Virus record (IMG/VR): IMGVR_UViG_3300024272_000027
Reading direction: 5' to 3' (one strand)
From: a virus
Lineage: Duplodnaviria > Heunggongvirae > Uroviricota > Caudoviricetes
Length of the DNA: 64,000 nt
The position numbers and the translations under genes are program-made. Below the pieces are notes generated by a model, which did no database searches, was not told the origin of the DNA, and saw only the letters and a list, made by a program, of their open reading frames with translations. Below are positions 48,605 to 57,752 of the stretch, piece after piece. Numbering within the stretch: the stretch's first letter is position 1; each line of letters opens with the position of its first letter.

Positions 48605-48883
48605 TTAGTTTGCAACTTCATCTGTAGGACTCTGGTCAACACCATCACAAGCACAATCAGGCTCGCCACACTCACACTCTGCCCTTGTTTTTTCCGGTGT
48701 AGGGTCAGTCATTAACCATCTGTATTCATATCTAACAGCATCTTCATACTGATTAGTATTGAATAACTGACCGCTGGAAGTCATATAAAACAAGTTTGTG
48801 TTATTAACAGTAACAAGTTTTACATTTACTTCTGCCATTCTTTCAGGAGTCATATCCTGCATAATTCTGTCATAATTGTTCAT
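48605..48883 (-). CDS. hypothetical protein
   Basis: 92 aa, AAGGAG RBS. Confidence 0.7.
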   Translation of the reverse strand: MNNYDRIMQDMTPERMAEVNVKLVTVNNTNLFYMTSSGQLFNTNQYEDAVRYEYRWLMTDPTPEKTRAECECGEPDCACDGVDQSPTDEVAN

Positions 48884-48921
48884 CTTAACTTATCTCCTTA
48901 AATATAATATTCATATATACA

Positions 48922-49191
48922 TTACTCCGTCTGTAGTTTTGACAGAGTAAACAGTATTGAATTGATATCTTTTTCCTCAAGTTCTTTGTAAGGTAACTCA
49001 AGATAATATGTTGTAGGTAACTTATGATACTTACAACCCATAAATAGTAAGTCATTTAGACCCCATTTATCTATAAGCTGTTTAGCGTCATCATTGAATA
49101 CCTCCCACTTACCTTTACGAATAAACTCGTTGAACTCCGCAGCAATTGCTACAACTTTGTCTCTTAACTCTTGTGGCACATTTAATTCCAT
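48922..49191 (-). CDS. hypothetical protein
   Basis: 89-aa ORF. Confidence 0.65.
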   Translation of the reverse strand: MELNVPQELRDKVVAIAAEFNEFIRKGKWEVFNDDAKQLIDKWGLNDLLFMGCKYHKLPTTYYLELPYKELEEKDINSILFTLSKLQTE

Positions 49192-49192
49192 A

Positions 49193-49405
49193 TTAACATT
49201 CCTTCCTAACTTTTATTGCCTTATATATTATATAAGGAACAGCCCATATAGGACAACTAACAATAAGTCCGAGTAAAGCTATAATAAATCCGATTGAACC
49301 GATTAATCCATAAGCCATTTGCTCGAATATTGTTAAGTCATATTCATAATCTTCGTATGCTAAATCTGTATGCCAGTAGTCCAGGAATCTATCTTTTATG
49401 CTCAT
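49193..49405 (-). CDS. small membrane protein
   Basis: 70 aa with one long hydrophobic segment. Confidence 0.65.
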   Translation of the reverse strand: MSIKDRFLDYWHTDLAYEDYEYDLTIFEQMAYGLIGSIGFIIALLGLIVSCPIWAVPYIIYKAIKVRKEC

Positions 49406-49680
49406 AAAGCAGTAAACTCCCCTTTAGCTTCATTCAACTCTTTACGCACTACAGTTGCTAACTTCATTGCAATATCTTCTTCAAGAGGTTCAAAGTGTAT
49501 AATGCTGTGATTCTCAACTTGATAATCGCTTTTCATACTTTTTATTTCAATTGATGCAATAGCTTTATTTCTGCTGAAAACATCTGGACCTACAAAACTT
49601 TGAAATAAATCAAGCAAGTCACTCAGATAGTTAATACGGTCGTTAAGTGCTTTTGCTTTATTAAAAGTACTTTCTGTCAT
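49402..49680 (-). CDS. hypothetical protein
   Basis: 92 aa, GGAGG RBS. Confidence 0.7.
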   Translation of the reverse strand: MTESTFNKAKALNDRINYLSDLLDLFQSFVGPDVFSRNKAIASIEIKSMKSDYQVENHSIIHFEPLEEDIAMKLATVVRKELNEAKGEFTAL

Positions 49681-49681
49681 A

Positions 49682-50065
49682 CTATATAATCCTCCACAAT
49701 ATAAGCCAAGTTAATACTATTTGTAGTAAATGAACCGATTGGTCAACTATAAGATTTATCTGATGTTTATTTGCTTTCATATCATCAATCAATGCGTGAG
49801 CTAGAAGATTGCTTATAAATATTGATACTACCGCTGGTGTAAGTTTAAATGAAATTGAAACAAATATCGGAAGCATTATCATAAAGGCCCAACTGAAACT
49901 ATGGCACAACAAAGCTATGACGTAATCGTGTTTATACATATCTTTGTAACCTTCTTGCTTCACCCACCACTCTTTTTGTTTCATTGAAGCAAGAATACCT
50001 TGAAGTCTGTAATCATCTATGATATGCAAGAATATCATAATAAGTAGTATATGTATCTTATTCAT
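49682..50065 (-). CDS. DUF3307-like membrane protein
   Basis: LHIIDDYRLQG..K, H..SW, HALIDD.K, DQSVH motifs. Confidence 0.8.
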   Translation of the reverse strand: MNKIHILLIMIFLHIIDDYRLQGILASMKQKEWWVKQEGYKDMYKHDYVIALLCHSFSWAFMIMLPIFVSISFKLTPAVVSIFISNLLAHALIDDMKANKHQINLIVDQSVHLLQIVLTWLILWRII

Positions 50066-50076
50066 AATTTCACCTT

Positions 50077-50541
50077 TTAAATCAACCTTAGAATTTCTTT
50101 GGGTACAAACTCAGAAACATCTTTTCCGTATTGAATAAGTTCTTTCACCATTGAAGATGATATGGCTGCATTGGATGCCCTAAAGTAAATGTGCCTTAAT
50201 TCTGGGTTGATGAGTTCATTTACAGCAGCAATATTTTCTTCATAGTTATAATCAATGTTGTTTCTTAATCCTCTGATTATATAATCAACATAATGCTTTT
50301 TAGCGTAATCAGCTATGAGTTCATCGCATACAACAACTTCAACATTGTTGATGTCAAGTCGCTCAAGTATATCCCATATAGCATCTTGCGTGAGCTCTCG
50401 TTCTCTTCTAGTTCTATGGGTCTTTGATGCGTTTGTACATATCAGTAGATAAACTGTATCAAACATTTTTGACGCTTCAACAACTATATCAAGGTGCCCA
50501 TTAGTAAAGGGGTTAAAAGAACCTGCGTATATTGCTTTCAT
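50077..50541 (-). CDS. coaD: phosphopantetheine adenylyltransferase
   Basis: YAGSFNPFTNGHLDI, IIRGLRN..DY.YE, ISSSMVKEL. Confidence 0.88.
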   Translation of the reverse strand: MKAIYAGSFNPFTNGHLDIVVEASKMFDTVYLLICTNASKTHRTRRERELTQDAIWDILERLDINNVEVVVCDELIADYAKKHYVDYIIRGLRNNIDYNYEENIAAVNELINPELRHIYFRASNAAISSSMVKELIQYGKDVSEFVPKEILRLI

Positions 50542-50542
50542 A

Positions 50543-50704
50543 CTATCTACAAGGCTTAGGTTCAAAGTGTTTAGCACTCACCCAACGCCATTCACCTTTC
50601 TCAAAAACTAGAAAGTGAGGATAACCATTACGGTCATTTCTCACGGAATAGATTGTAACAGGACCTTCAAATGATGGTTTACGTTTATCATATAAATTAA
50701 ACAT
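50543..50704 (-). CDS. hypothetical protein
   Basis: Start moved to MFNLY (GAGG RBS). Confidence 0.6.
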   Translation of the reverse strand: MFNLYDKRKPSFEGPVTIYSVRNDRNGYPHFLVFEKGEWRWVSAKHFEPKPCR

Positions 50705-50978
50705 TATCCTCACCTCTTGTACAGTAAGCAACTATCTTACTACCTATCTGTCTACCTTCAAAATAGAAAGGCTCTGCCACAAACTTTATCTTAAAGCCCG
50801 CCTCTTGATAATCAAATAATTTGTCACAGGCATCTGTGTAATTGCAGCAGTTAAACTTTATATCAAAGTTATGCTTAATTGCATATTCTAAGTTTTCCTC
50901 AGCTGCAAATAAGTTATCAAGATGCACATAATCAATTCCGTTTTCACGGATAAGTTTTACACCGTATTTAGCTCCCAT
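50697..50978 (-). CDS. hypothetical protein
   Basis: 93 aa, AAGGAG RBS, first after promoter. Confidence 0.7.
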   Translation of the reverse strand: MGAKYGVKLIRENGIDYVHLDNLFAAEENLEYAIKHNFDIKFNCCNYTDACDKLFDYQEAGFKIKFVAEPFYFEGRQIGSKIVAYCTRGEDNV

Positions 50979-51006
50979 AAGATACTCCTTCCATTGTTAT
51001 ACATAT

Positions 51007-51038
51007 ATTATATATGATAATAAACAAAGAACCAACTA
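51007..51038 (-). promoter_or_regulatory. sigmaA-type promoter TAG-TTGGTT-17-TATAAT overlapping terminator
   Basis: Member of YAGTTG-N20-TATAAT family. Confidence 0.75.
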
Positions 51039-51051
51039 TTACTAGTTGGTT
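51030..51051 (-). terminator. intrinsic terminator whose 3' arm is the -35 region
   Basis: AACCAACTA-GTAA-TAGTTGGTT then CTTTGTTT on minus strand. Confidence 0.75.
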
Positions 51052-51248
51052 TCTACTTTAATATATTCAATGTCATAGTATAACAAATCATTCTCACGAG
51101 GCCATTTGTCAAATACAGGAGTTACTTTAACGGTATAACCACTTCGCAGTAATGCTTCTGTCATACGTTGAACATTATCCATATACTTTATTCGGCTCCC
51201 ACCGCGGTCATAATTGATTGAAGTATTAGTTGTTTGTGCACTTCCCAT
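51042..51248 (-). CDS. hypothetical protein
   Basis: 68-aa ORF, GGAGG RBS. Confidence 0.6.
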   Translation of the reverse strand: MGSAQTTNTSINYDRGGSRIKYMDNVQRMTEALLRSGYTVKVTPVFDKWPRENDLLYYDIEYIKVETN

Positions 51249-51706
51249 TATTGTCCTCCTGTAAGACTTTTTAAGGTTTCTTTTGTGAGTTGTAATGTGC
51301 GTGTTTGTTCTCCATTGTTATTAACTATATATAAGTCCCTGTCGCCCACAGTAACTTTAGTTAAACCATATTCACGATGCTGAAAATCATCGATGGAATA
51401 TAATGTAGTCCCACTTACGTATGTAAATGCATAACAAAGTTCAACACGCATCACTCCACCAAAATTGTTTGTGATGGGTTTATCATACATATATACGCTA
51501 GTTACTTCATAATACTGTATACGGCTTTCATACTCCTGTTGCTTTTGTAATTCATACGCTTGCTGCTCAGCTGGAGTCAATGAATTATACCACTCAGTGT
51601 GTTTCTTGTGGTCAGTGTATATCCAGATGCCTAACCCAGCAACAACAATTGCTATACATAAAAGTATAACTACCCACCAAGCATTTTCTTTTAAAAATTC
51701 TTTCAT
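51248..51706 (-). CDS. membrane-anchored hypothetical protein
   Basis: N-terminal TM. Confidence 0.7.
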   Translation of the reverse strand: MKEFLKENAWWVVILLCIAIVVAGLGIWIYTDHKKHTEWYNSLTPAEQQAYELQKQQEYESRIQYYEVTSVYMYDKPITNNFGGVMRVELCYAFTYVSGTTLYSIDDFQHREYGLTKVTVGDRDLYIVNNNGEQTRTLQLTKETLKSLTGGQ

Positions 51707-51966
51707 TTCTTATCTCTCTTGCAATCAGCGGAACAAGTTTTATCAACAAACTTTTCTGTTGTTTCGGGCATAATAGTTCCGTGCTTAACTAAATCAAAGA
51801 GCAACTTACTCTTCTTATACACATCTTTATATTCAGATGGTGTGTCACAAAACATATTATTTGAAACATAAAATAATCCATTTGATAAGTCTCTTAATTC
51901 ATTGTAATCTAGTTCAACTACAACGTGTTTATACGGTGTTGTAGTGTCAAGCTGTTTTATTATCAT
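51703..51966 (-). CDS. hypothetical protein
   Basis: Start moved to MIIKQL (GGAGG RBS), removing overlap with upstream gene. Confidence 0.65.
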   Translation of the reverse strand: MIIKQLDTTTPYKHVVVELDYNELRDLSNGLFYVSNNMFCDTPSEYKDVYKKSKLLFDLVKHGTIMPETTEKFVDKTCSADCKRDKK

Positions 51967-51991
51967 AGTTACATAACCTCCAGTTTCTTCC

Positions 51992-52246
51992 TTAATCGCC
52001 TTTGTATAGTAATGGGTCGCCATCAGCATCCACAAGTACTGTAAATGTCTTGCCGTCTCCACCTGATACATACATAACTTTAGTTGACCTATCGTAATAC
52101 ACTGTGTAATAAAGAGTCGCATCAATACATTCGAAGTAATCGATACTTGATGCGTCTACAGTATTGCTTTCTCCACAACTTGTTATGCTTAATGTTAAGC
52201 ATAGTATAGCAGTAATGCATAGAAGTATACTTAGTATCTTTTTCAT
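51992..52246 (-). CDS. small lipoprotein
   Basis: MKK + hydrophobic stretch + lipobox ITSC; VYYDRSTKVMY..LVDADG.PLLY. Confidence 0.75.
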   Translation of the reverse strand: MKKILSILLCITAILCLTLSITSCGESNTVDASSIDYFECIDATLYYTVYYDRSTKVMYVSGGDGKTFTVLVDADGDPLLYKGD

Positions 52247-52247
52247 A

Positions 52248-52424
52248 TTATTTCTTCAACCTTTCTCCACAACAAGGACAATATTTTACGTGGCATTCCC
52301 ACACTTTAGACCCCACTGCATTATCAATTACAGTAAACTTACGTCCTGACAAGTGACATCTTCTTCTGTGTCTATTACCTAATCTATCAATAAATATATC
52401 TTTAAAATAATCAATTAGTTTCAT
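52248..52424 (-). CDS. 58-aa ORF missing from track, Cys motif
   Basis: Hand translation MKLIDYFKD...HVKYCPCCGERLKK. Confidence 0.6.
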   Translation of the reverse strand: MKLIDYFKDIFIDRLGNRHRRRCHLSGRKFTVIDNAVGSKVWECHVKYCPCCGERLKK

Positions 52425-52656
52425 TATAAGTCCCCTTATCGTGTAAATTTATCAATTGTTGTTTATCTATAACAATAACACGACTATCATATTCATATCT
52501 GCCGTCATCAATTAGCTTACTAACAGTATCAGCATCAATAACTGTTTTATTGAATAGGACAACGACGTGTCTGCCTGTACTCTTAACGGGTTCACCATCT
52601 GAGGTACAAACATAAGTATCAAATTCAATAGCGGATAAATTCTTTGGTGTTAACAC
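52411..52656 (-). CDS. hypothetical protein
   Basis: GTG start after GGAGG inferred. Confidence 0.55.
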   Translation of the reverse strand: MLTPKNLSAIEFDTYVCTSDGEPVKSTGRHVVVLFNKTVIDADTVSKLIDDGRYEYDSRVIVIDKQQLINLHDKGTYNETN

Positions 52657-52859
52657 ATTCCGCCTCCAACCCAAGGTCCGTCATAACTGTCATCTACGCA
52701 TTCTTTTGTAAAACACATAGGGCAAACAAGATAATCAACAGCACGACGCTTTCGGCCTGTCTTATATTGCATACCGTACATTGTTTTATATTCCTCATCG
52801 ATAAACCAAACCGCTTCCATATCGGCTCCGCATTCCGGACACTGTCCATATTTACTCAC
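52650..52859 (-). CDS. Zn-ribbon protein
   Basis: CPECG...CPMC. Confidence 0.7.
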   Translation of the reverse strand: MSKYGQCPECGADMEAVWFIDEEYKTMYGMQYKTGRKRRAVDYLVCPMCFTKECVDDSYDGPWVGGGMC

Positions 52860-53289
52860 TCGATATCGCCTTCCTTAATCTGCAATCTTGTTCAGTATCA
52901 ATGCAATACTGAACAAACATCTCAGATGGTAACTTTTCAGATAAATCTTTAAGCGTAAGATGCGACACTCTCACTTCATCAACAACACAACTGCCTTTGA
53001 TAAAATTCTTCTTGTACATACGCACGGGGTCACAAGGCCATTCGCGTATTTCCATATAGTCTTCTTTCTTAAAAAATGTTTTTAAGAACCCTACATTAAA
53101 AGCAGAATGTTTCTGTATATGTGCACTCAACTCGTCCCAGGAAGCATCAACAATATCGAAATCAGTGTGTACTGCAGTTATACCTTTCATTGAGCAATAA
53201 GCGTAGAAGGGTTCAGTATACTGTATGTAAGGTCCTGTCTTACTACTTATGTCAAGTTTATATCTAATCTTGAATATGAACTTCTCCAT
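52852..53289 (-). CDS. hypothetical protein
   Basis: Start moved to MEKFIF. Confidence 0.65.
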   Translation of the reverse strand: MEKFIFKIRYKLDISSKTGPYIQYTEPFYAYCSMKGITAVHTDFDIVDASWDELSAHIQKHSAFNVGFLKTFFKKEDYMEIREWPCDPVRMYKKNFIKGSCVVDEVRVSHLTLKDLSEKLPSEMFVQYCIDTEQDCRLRKAISSE

Positions 53290-53509
53290 ATAAGCTCCAA
53301 CCTTTCTCCCAAACGCCACCTTGACGAATTCTCATTCCATCGTGATTATCTACCCAATTCTCGAATAGATAGCCGTTCTCATCATAGATGTTTCCATCAC
53401 AATCTTTCATATAGATGTATTCATCCTCAGCAAAAGATTCGTGTTTAACTTTCACACCTCTGTTATCACACATATATTCTATAACTTGGTCACGAGTCAT
53501 CTCCTGCAT
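53264..53509 (-). CDS. hypothetical protein
   Basis: 81 aa; KVKHESFAEDEYIYM. Confidence 0.65.
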   Translation of the reverse strand: MQEMTRDQVIEYMCDNRGVKVKHESFAEDEYIYMKDCDGNIYDENGYLFENWVDNHDGMRIRQGGVWEKGWSLYGEVHIQD

Positions 53510-53829
53510 ACTACGCTACCTCCTGCATCAATATCCCCTTGAACATTGCCACAAGTAATTGAGCCACCAGCATCAATATCGCCATTAACATTTCCGCTAA
53601 CAGTACAGCTTCCGCCACAATCAATATTACCTGCGTTACCTTGTACTGTAACGGACCCCGCACATTCAAGTACAGACACGTCACCTTCAATGATAACCGT
53701 TATTGAGTTTACAGGGTCGCCACCTGTAACAACTTTACCATCTACAATAATTGAATCGTTGTTTATAACAACATTTCTACCACTACAGTTAAATACTTTA
53801 CCGTTAACTTTTATATGATTAAAATTCAT
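53497..53829 (-). CDS. Gly-rich beta-helix repeat protein
   Basis: Tandem GDIDAGGSITC-type repeats. Confidence 0.75.
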   Translation of the reverse strand: MNFNHIKVNGKVFNCSGRNVVINNDSIIVDGKVVTGGDPVNSITVIIEGDVSVLECAGSVTVQGNAGNIDCGGSCTVSGNVNGDIDAGGSITCGNVQGDIDAGGSVVCRR

Positions 53830-53846
53830 ACTTATTCCTGCTTCTC

Positions 53847-54005
53847 TTAAAATATTCTCAGCACATAGGCTCGTTTACCGCACTTAGGGCACTTTATTCT
53901 GCGCTTACCAAACCAATGAAAAGGGGTGTGCCAAACCCAAGAAAACCAATTTTTATAAGTTATACAACATCCGCATCTAGGACAAATTACTCTTATTTCT
54001 TTCAT
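53847..54005 (-). CDS. 52-aa Zn-ribbon ORF missing from track
   Basis: Hand translation MKEIRVICPRCG..WFSWVWHTPFHWFGKRRIKCPKCGKR..; GGAG RBS. Confidence 0.7.
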   Translation of the reverse strand: MKEIRVICPRCGCCITYKNWFSWVWHTPFHWFGKRRIKCPKCGKRAYVLRIF

Positions 54006-54088
54006 ATCTCTCCAACCATTTCTTTTAATGATTCTTCACCAACAGACTGATTATTTTCCAATGTATAGTTCTCATCGCTATTTTTCAT
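54002..54088 (-). CDS. 28-aa ORF missing from track
   Basis: MKNSDENYTLENNQSVGEESLKEMVGEI; GAGG RBS; ATGA overlap with next gene. Confidence 0.45.
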   Translation of the reverse strand: MKNSDENYTLENNQSVGEESLKEMVGEI

Positions 54089-54266
54089 ATACCTCAACAC
54101 AGCCAAAAGATAATATTTTATCTGTTTCCGCAACCTTATCTAAAATTGCTTTACAGTGAACAGCAAAAGCTTCAGAGAAATTATTAGCATCAGAATAAAC
54201 AGTAAATACTTTTGGTTCACCGTCAATAATTCTTGTTATTTTAGTTTCTATTTGATTAGTTCTCAT
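54078..54266 (-). CDS. hypothetical protein
   Basis: 62-aa coupled ORF. Confidence 0.6.
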   Translation of the reverse strand: MRTNQIETKITRIIDGEPKVFTVYSDANNFSEAFAVHCKAILDKVAETDKILSFGCVEVYEK

Positions 54267-54583
54267 TAAACTTCTCTCCAGCCATTTCTCTGTATAATTC
54301 GTCTCATATTCTCAACACCTACTGGATTCATTGAATGAATATGAATAGGATAATTACGACCAGTTTCTTCAAGCCAGTCGAGAAGTTTGATATAATCGCC
54401 ACCTTGAGAAACATAGTCTCCAGCATCGTGGTCTATATCAATAAGTTCAATTCTATAAGCACTGTCAGGGAAACTAATCTTATGATGTTCTTCTGCTCTA
54501 ATTGTATCTTTTGCTTCGCTAACACTCTTACACCATACATACCCCTCAGGTGCAGGTCTTACATCATCTATCCAAAGTTTCAC
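54266..54583 (-). CDS. cyclic-phosphate-processing receiver-like domain protein
   Basis: KLWIDDVRPAP, IDIDHDAG, IHIHSMNPVG..NM motifs. Confidence 0.8.
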   Translation of the reverse strand: MKLWIDDVRPAPEGYVWCKSVSEAKDTIRAEEHHKISFPDSAYRIELIDIDHDAGDYVSQGGDYIKLLDWLEETGRNYPIHIHSMNPVGVENMRRIIQRNGWREV

Positions 54584-54864
54584 TAGTATAAATCCTCCGA
54601 ATATAATTCAGTTTGATTTGTATCTGAATGATAGTATCTGTGAGTTTCAGATATCTGACCGCAACTTGAAGCGTGCAACAATGCATCAAACCGATTATAG
54701 AATGAGCCTTTGTGGTCAATGAACCCTTCTTCTTTCTTAGCAAGGTTCCAATTATCATTTAACTGTGAAATAATTGCATAACAACTTCCGTGTCTATGAC
54801 CACATATAATCATTTCAGTTCCTGAAGTTCTGTTAGTAAGTTTAATTGCAGCACATACTATCAT
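54583..54864 (-). CDS. conserved-looking phage hypothetical protein
   Basis: IVCAAIK..GHRHG..EEGFID..G.FYNR motif. Confidence 0.7.
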   Translation of the reverse strand: MIVCAAIKLTNRTSGTEMIICGHRHGSCYAIISQLNDNWNLAKKEEGFIDHKGSFYNRFDALLHASSCGQISETHRYYHSDTNQTELYSEDLY

Positions 54865-55100
54865 TTATAAACCTCGCTATATGATATCAGTGTTGCACCT
54901 TTTGAGAGTGCTTCACAGAAGCTATGTAATGCAGATTCAACTTCCTCTTTACTACCTGTGAACACTGTATAGTTCTCAATAGTACTTAGCAGTCTCAACT
55001 CATAAGTTTCAAATACAGACGCAGAACCCACCTTGTGAATCTCAGCTCTGATACAGTTATCAAAGTTTATCACTTTGTTATTCTTTGTCACAACATACAT
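54861..55100 (-). CDS. hypothetical protein
   Basis: 79 aa, AAGGAGG RBS. Confidence 0.7.
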   Translation of the reverse strand: MYVVTKNNKVINFDNCIRAEIHKVGSASVFETYELRLLSTIENYTVFTGSKEEVESALHSFCEALSKGATLISYSEVYK

Positions 55101-55126
55101 ATATAATTCCTCCTTATTATATCTAC

Positions 55127-55158
55127 ATTATAATATAAAAGCAGGCAAATATCAACTA
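55127..55158 (-). promoter_or_regulatory. sigmaA-type promoter TAG-TTGATA-17-TATAAT overlapping terminator
   Basis: Member of YAGTTG-N20-TATAAT family. Confidence 0.8.
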
Positions 55159-55169
55159 TACTTGCCTGC
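55141..55169 (-). terminator. intrinsic terminator overlapping -35
   Basis: gcaggcaa / ttgcctgc then TTTTATATT on minus strand. Confidence 0.75.
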
Positions 55170-55201
55170 GTGTAACCTGTTTTCAAAGTTCGTTGTTATT
55201 A

Positions 55202-55399
55202 TTAAGTTAATCTTTCACCGCAGTAAGGACAATAGGAGACATCTCGCATTCTTAAATCCATATACCAGTTTTCATCAGCTGGTTGGTCTTCACTCTTGTC
55301 GTACAGGATATAAAACTTTGAATAGATATTTATCTTTCCTTGCTCTCTTATAAATATTGCATTATGATTACGAGCTTCTTTACAATTATGTAATAGCAT
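55202..55399 (-). CDS. small Cys-motif protein
   Basis: LHNC...VSYCPYCGERL. Confidence 0.65.
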   Translation of the reverse strand: MLLHNCKEARNHNAIFIREQGKINIYSKFYILYDKSEDQPADENWYMDLRMRDVSYCPYCGERLT

Positions 55400-55542
55400 T
55401 AATCAATATACTCCTTGAATAATTCAGTTAAATCAGTAACATCATCGTCATCGAAATCATTATCATACGCCTGCTCTCTTAGACGCTGCTTGGTTTGTTG
55501 CTCTTTGTAATATAAGTAATTATCATCTATTTTTCTTTGCAT
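55399..55542 (-). CDS. 47-aa ORF missing from track, acidic C-terminus
   Basis: MQRKIDDNYLYYKEQQTKQRLREQAYDNDFDDDDVTDLTELFKEYID fills gap exactly. Confidence 0.5.
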   Translation of the reverse strand: MQRKIDDNYLYYKEQQTKQRLREQAYDNDFDDDDVTDLTELFKEYID

Positions 55543-55730
55543 TTGACAAAAGCTCCTTTAAAGTATTCTACGGAATGCTCCATAGGGCCATATCCTTCAA
55601 GTCGTTGTCCTACTGATAAGCTAACGTCAGTTGGTGTTACATCATATCCGTCTTTGTTTAGATAATCAGCAATTATCTGTTGAACATCTGATTCTGATAG
55701 TTCGATAGTGATATTCTTCTTGATTTCCAT
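55527..55730 (-). CDS. hypothetical protein
   Basis: 67 aa, GGAGG RBS. Confidence 0.7.
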   Translation of the reverse strand: MEIKKNITIELSESDVQQIIADYLNKDGYDVTPTDVSLSVGQRLEGYGPMEHSVEYFKGAFVKCKEK

Positions 55731-55746
55731 AATGACCTCCTATACT

Positions 55747-56685
55747 TTAATGTGCGTTTAAATCTCCCGCGTGAATGATTTCTAAATCCGTATATAAAGT
55801 ATGTCCAAGTAGCTTCATATATTTTTCTTTTAAGTGTGGTTCATTATCAATAAAATGCATCTGCATATGCCATCTGATTAAAGTGGCAATATATAATCGG
55901 ATATTGTCATTAGCAGCCTCTGTGTTAAAGAATAATGAATTATAGCTACCAACGTGCTCGTGAAAATAGTAGTGTGCGTTATCCGTTGTCTCACCCTTTG
56001 TGTTAACAAATGTTTTACAGAAGGGTTTACCGCAATCGTGTATAGCTGCCGCTACAAGCTGTGCGTGTTCCGCATCCTCACCTACACTTGAATGCGATAA
56101 GTTGTAATCAGTCACATATTGCATACACTGACGGCAATGCTCTCCAAGCGTTTCCTTATGATATTTGTTATGTTGTTCAAACGTAAGAGTATCAAATATG
56201 AATTGAGACCACGGTCCGTATGCTTGTTTATATGTATCTTTTCCGTAATAAAGTTGTATGTCGTCCCAGCCTTCATACCAATAAGGAACATCAAAGTTAC
56301 GATACATTCGTTCAATTACACCTTTAGGAACTTTTCTTTCCCTTTGTTGATTTTGTTCTAAACAAACTTCATACGGAGTTGCAACAACAATACAAGTTTT
56401 TACGCATTCAATGTTTTTCAGTTCTTCAAGAAAAGCTTTACGTCGTTTATAATTGATATTAGTAGCATCATATAAACAACTTATACCATCTTTTAATGAA
56501 TCTTTAACTCGCTTATGTAATGTCTTAAACACTTCAGAATTTATGTCTTGACGATTAACATCGCCGCTAAGTTCTTCTCTTATGTCATCTGAGCTATATA
56601 CAGCAACACCTTGGTGCTTATAAAACTCTGCGAGATGGGACTTACCACAGCCTGGCAATCCAACCAGCATTATAAAATTAACCAT
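55747..56685 (-). CDS. polynucleotide-kinase-like P-loop domain fused to HD phosphohydrolase
   Basis: VGLPGCGKS, SSDDIRE, DATN; H..TLGEH..IHDCGKP HD motif. Confidence 0.85.
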   Translation of the reverse strand: MVNFIMLVGLPGCGKSHLAEFYKHQGVAVYSSDDIREELSGDVNRQDINSEVFKTLHKRVKDSLKDGISCLYDATNINYKRRKAFLEELKNIECVKTCIVVATPYEVCLEQNQQRERKVPKGVIERMYRNFDVPYWYEGWDDIQLYYGKDTYKQAYGPWSQFIFDTLTFEQHNKYHKETLGEHCRQCMQYVTDYNLSHSSVGEDAEHAQLVAAAIHDCGKPFCKTFVNTKGETTDNAHYYFHEHVGSYNSLFFNTEAANDNIRLYIATLIRWHMQMHFIDNEPHLKEKYMKLLGHTLYTDLEIIHAGDLNAH

Positions 56686-56950
56686 TTTCTTTATCCTCTT
56701 TTAGTTTTTCAACATCGCTGTTAAATTGTTTTATATCTTTATTATAATATTGTAATGATGGATATACAACTTTATCTCTGTATGCTTTGTTAAACCAGCT
56801 ATATTCCCAACCAAACGTAACTAAATCATCGTAAGGTTCAATATGTTTAACTGAACATTCTAAACAATATGTTCTACCCTCTTTAACAAGAGCGCTCTGA
56901 ACTGTTTGATTAAACTTATCTTCTTTACCACAGATACAGCATTTATCCAT
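56678..56950 (-). CDS. Zn-finger protein
   Basis: CCICG...YCLEC. Confidence 0.65.
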   Translation of the reverse strand: MDKCCICGKEDKFNQTVQSALVKEGRTYCLECSVKHIEPYDDLVTFGWEYSWFNKAYRDKVVYPSLQYYNKDIKQFNSDVEKLKEDKENG

Positions 56951-57747
56951 TACAGTTCCTCTTGAAGAGATAATCGGATTGCTCTAACAAGCATATCTGA
57001 CATAATAGCATCAACTTCATTATCAATTTCCACTGAGTGTGAATCCATATACGCCTGTTTTACTGCTTTAACATAATCAACAGTCTCACTAGCAATCAAC
57101 TTTGCTTGTGCTAAGTTATAATAGTATGTTGATTTTACTTTCACTAAGTACTCAGGGTTTGTAGGTATTAAGCACTCTTCATAAGGAACACCTTCAATAT
57201 ATCGGTCAAGGAACTCACTACATCTTAAGATATGATGTAACTGTTTATTATCATAGCCATACTTTTCAATCTTATCTTTGAGTGTAGGATAAGGATGACA
57301 CAATGCAGCATTCTTCTCCATAACCATACCCGCTATGCAGTTAATACCAGCGTAGTTATTATAACGAGCAATACGCTCTTTATATGTTTGCATTGTGCTC
57401 CATATATGAGTATATCCTGCATTAACTATATAATAATCAGTGAACAGTATTTCTAAGAAATTTATATTCTGCTTCTTGAAGCATTGCCACATCAACCGAA
57501 TATCTTTCAAATCAATATGTGAGTTATCTTCTCTAATATGAGTAGTGCTTACAGGAGATTTGTTTAACACAATATCTTCTAGTGTGGGCAATACAATAAC
57601 TTTTGTATCAATATCAGAGCCTTCATAATCTAGATGATAATTCTGCGAACCTTGCAAGAATACACCGAACACTTTATGTCCCATATCCTGCACCGTTTTA
57701 ATATCACTTTTTAAACGGTCAAATATCTTCTTATCTTTATCAGTCAT
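56950..57747 (-). CDS. Pol-beta nucleotidyltransferase (Nuc-transf/RlaP-like)
   Basis: LQGSQNY.LD..GSDIDTK, KQNINFLEILF motifs. Confidence 0.85.
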   Translation of the reverse strand: MTDKDKKIFDRLKSDIKTVQDMGHKVFGVFLQGSQNYHLDYEGSDIDTKVIVLPTLEDIVLNKSPVSTTHIREDNSHIDLKDIRLMWQCFKKQNINFLEILFTDYYIVNAGYTHIWSTMQTYKERIARYNNYAGINCIAGMVMEKNAALCHPYPTLKDKIEKYGYDNKQLHHILRCSEFLDRYIEGVPYEECLIPTNPEYLVKVKSTYYYNLAQAKLIASETVDYVKAVKQAYMDSHSVEIDNEVDAIMSDMLVRAIRLSLQEEL

Positions 57748-57752
57748 ATGTA

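Noticed and set aside
4900-56315. Short minus-strand alternative-frame ORFs (4900, 20365, 36309, 44356, 46487, 47784, 54564, 56112 and similar)
   Set aside because: Nested inside well-supported genes in another frame, with no RBS or motif support.
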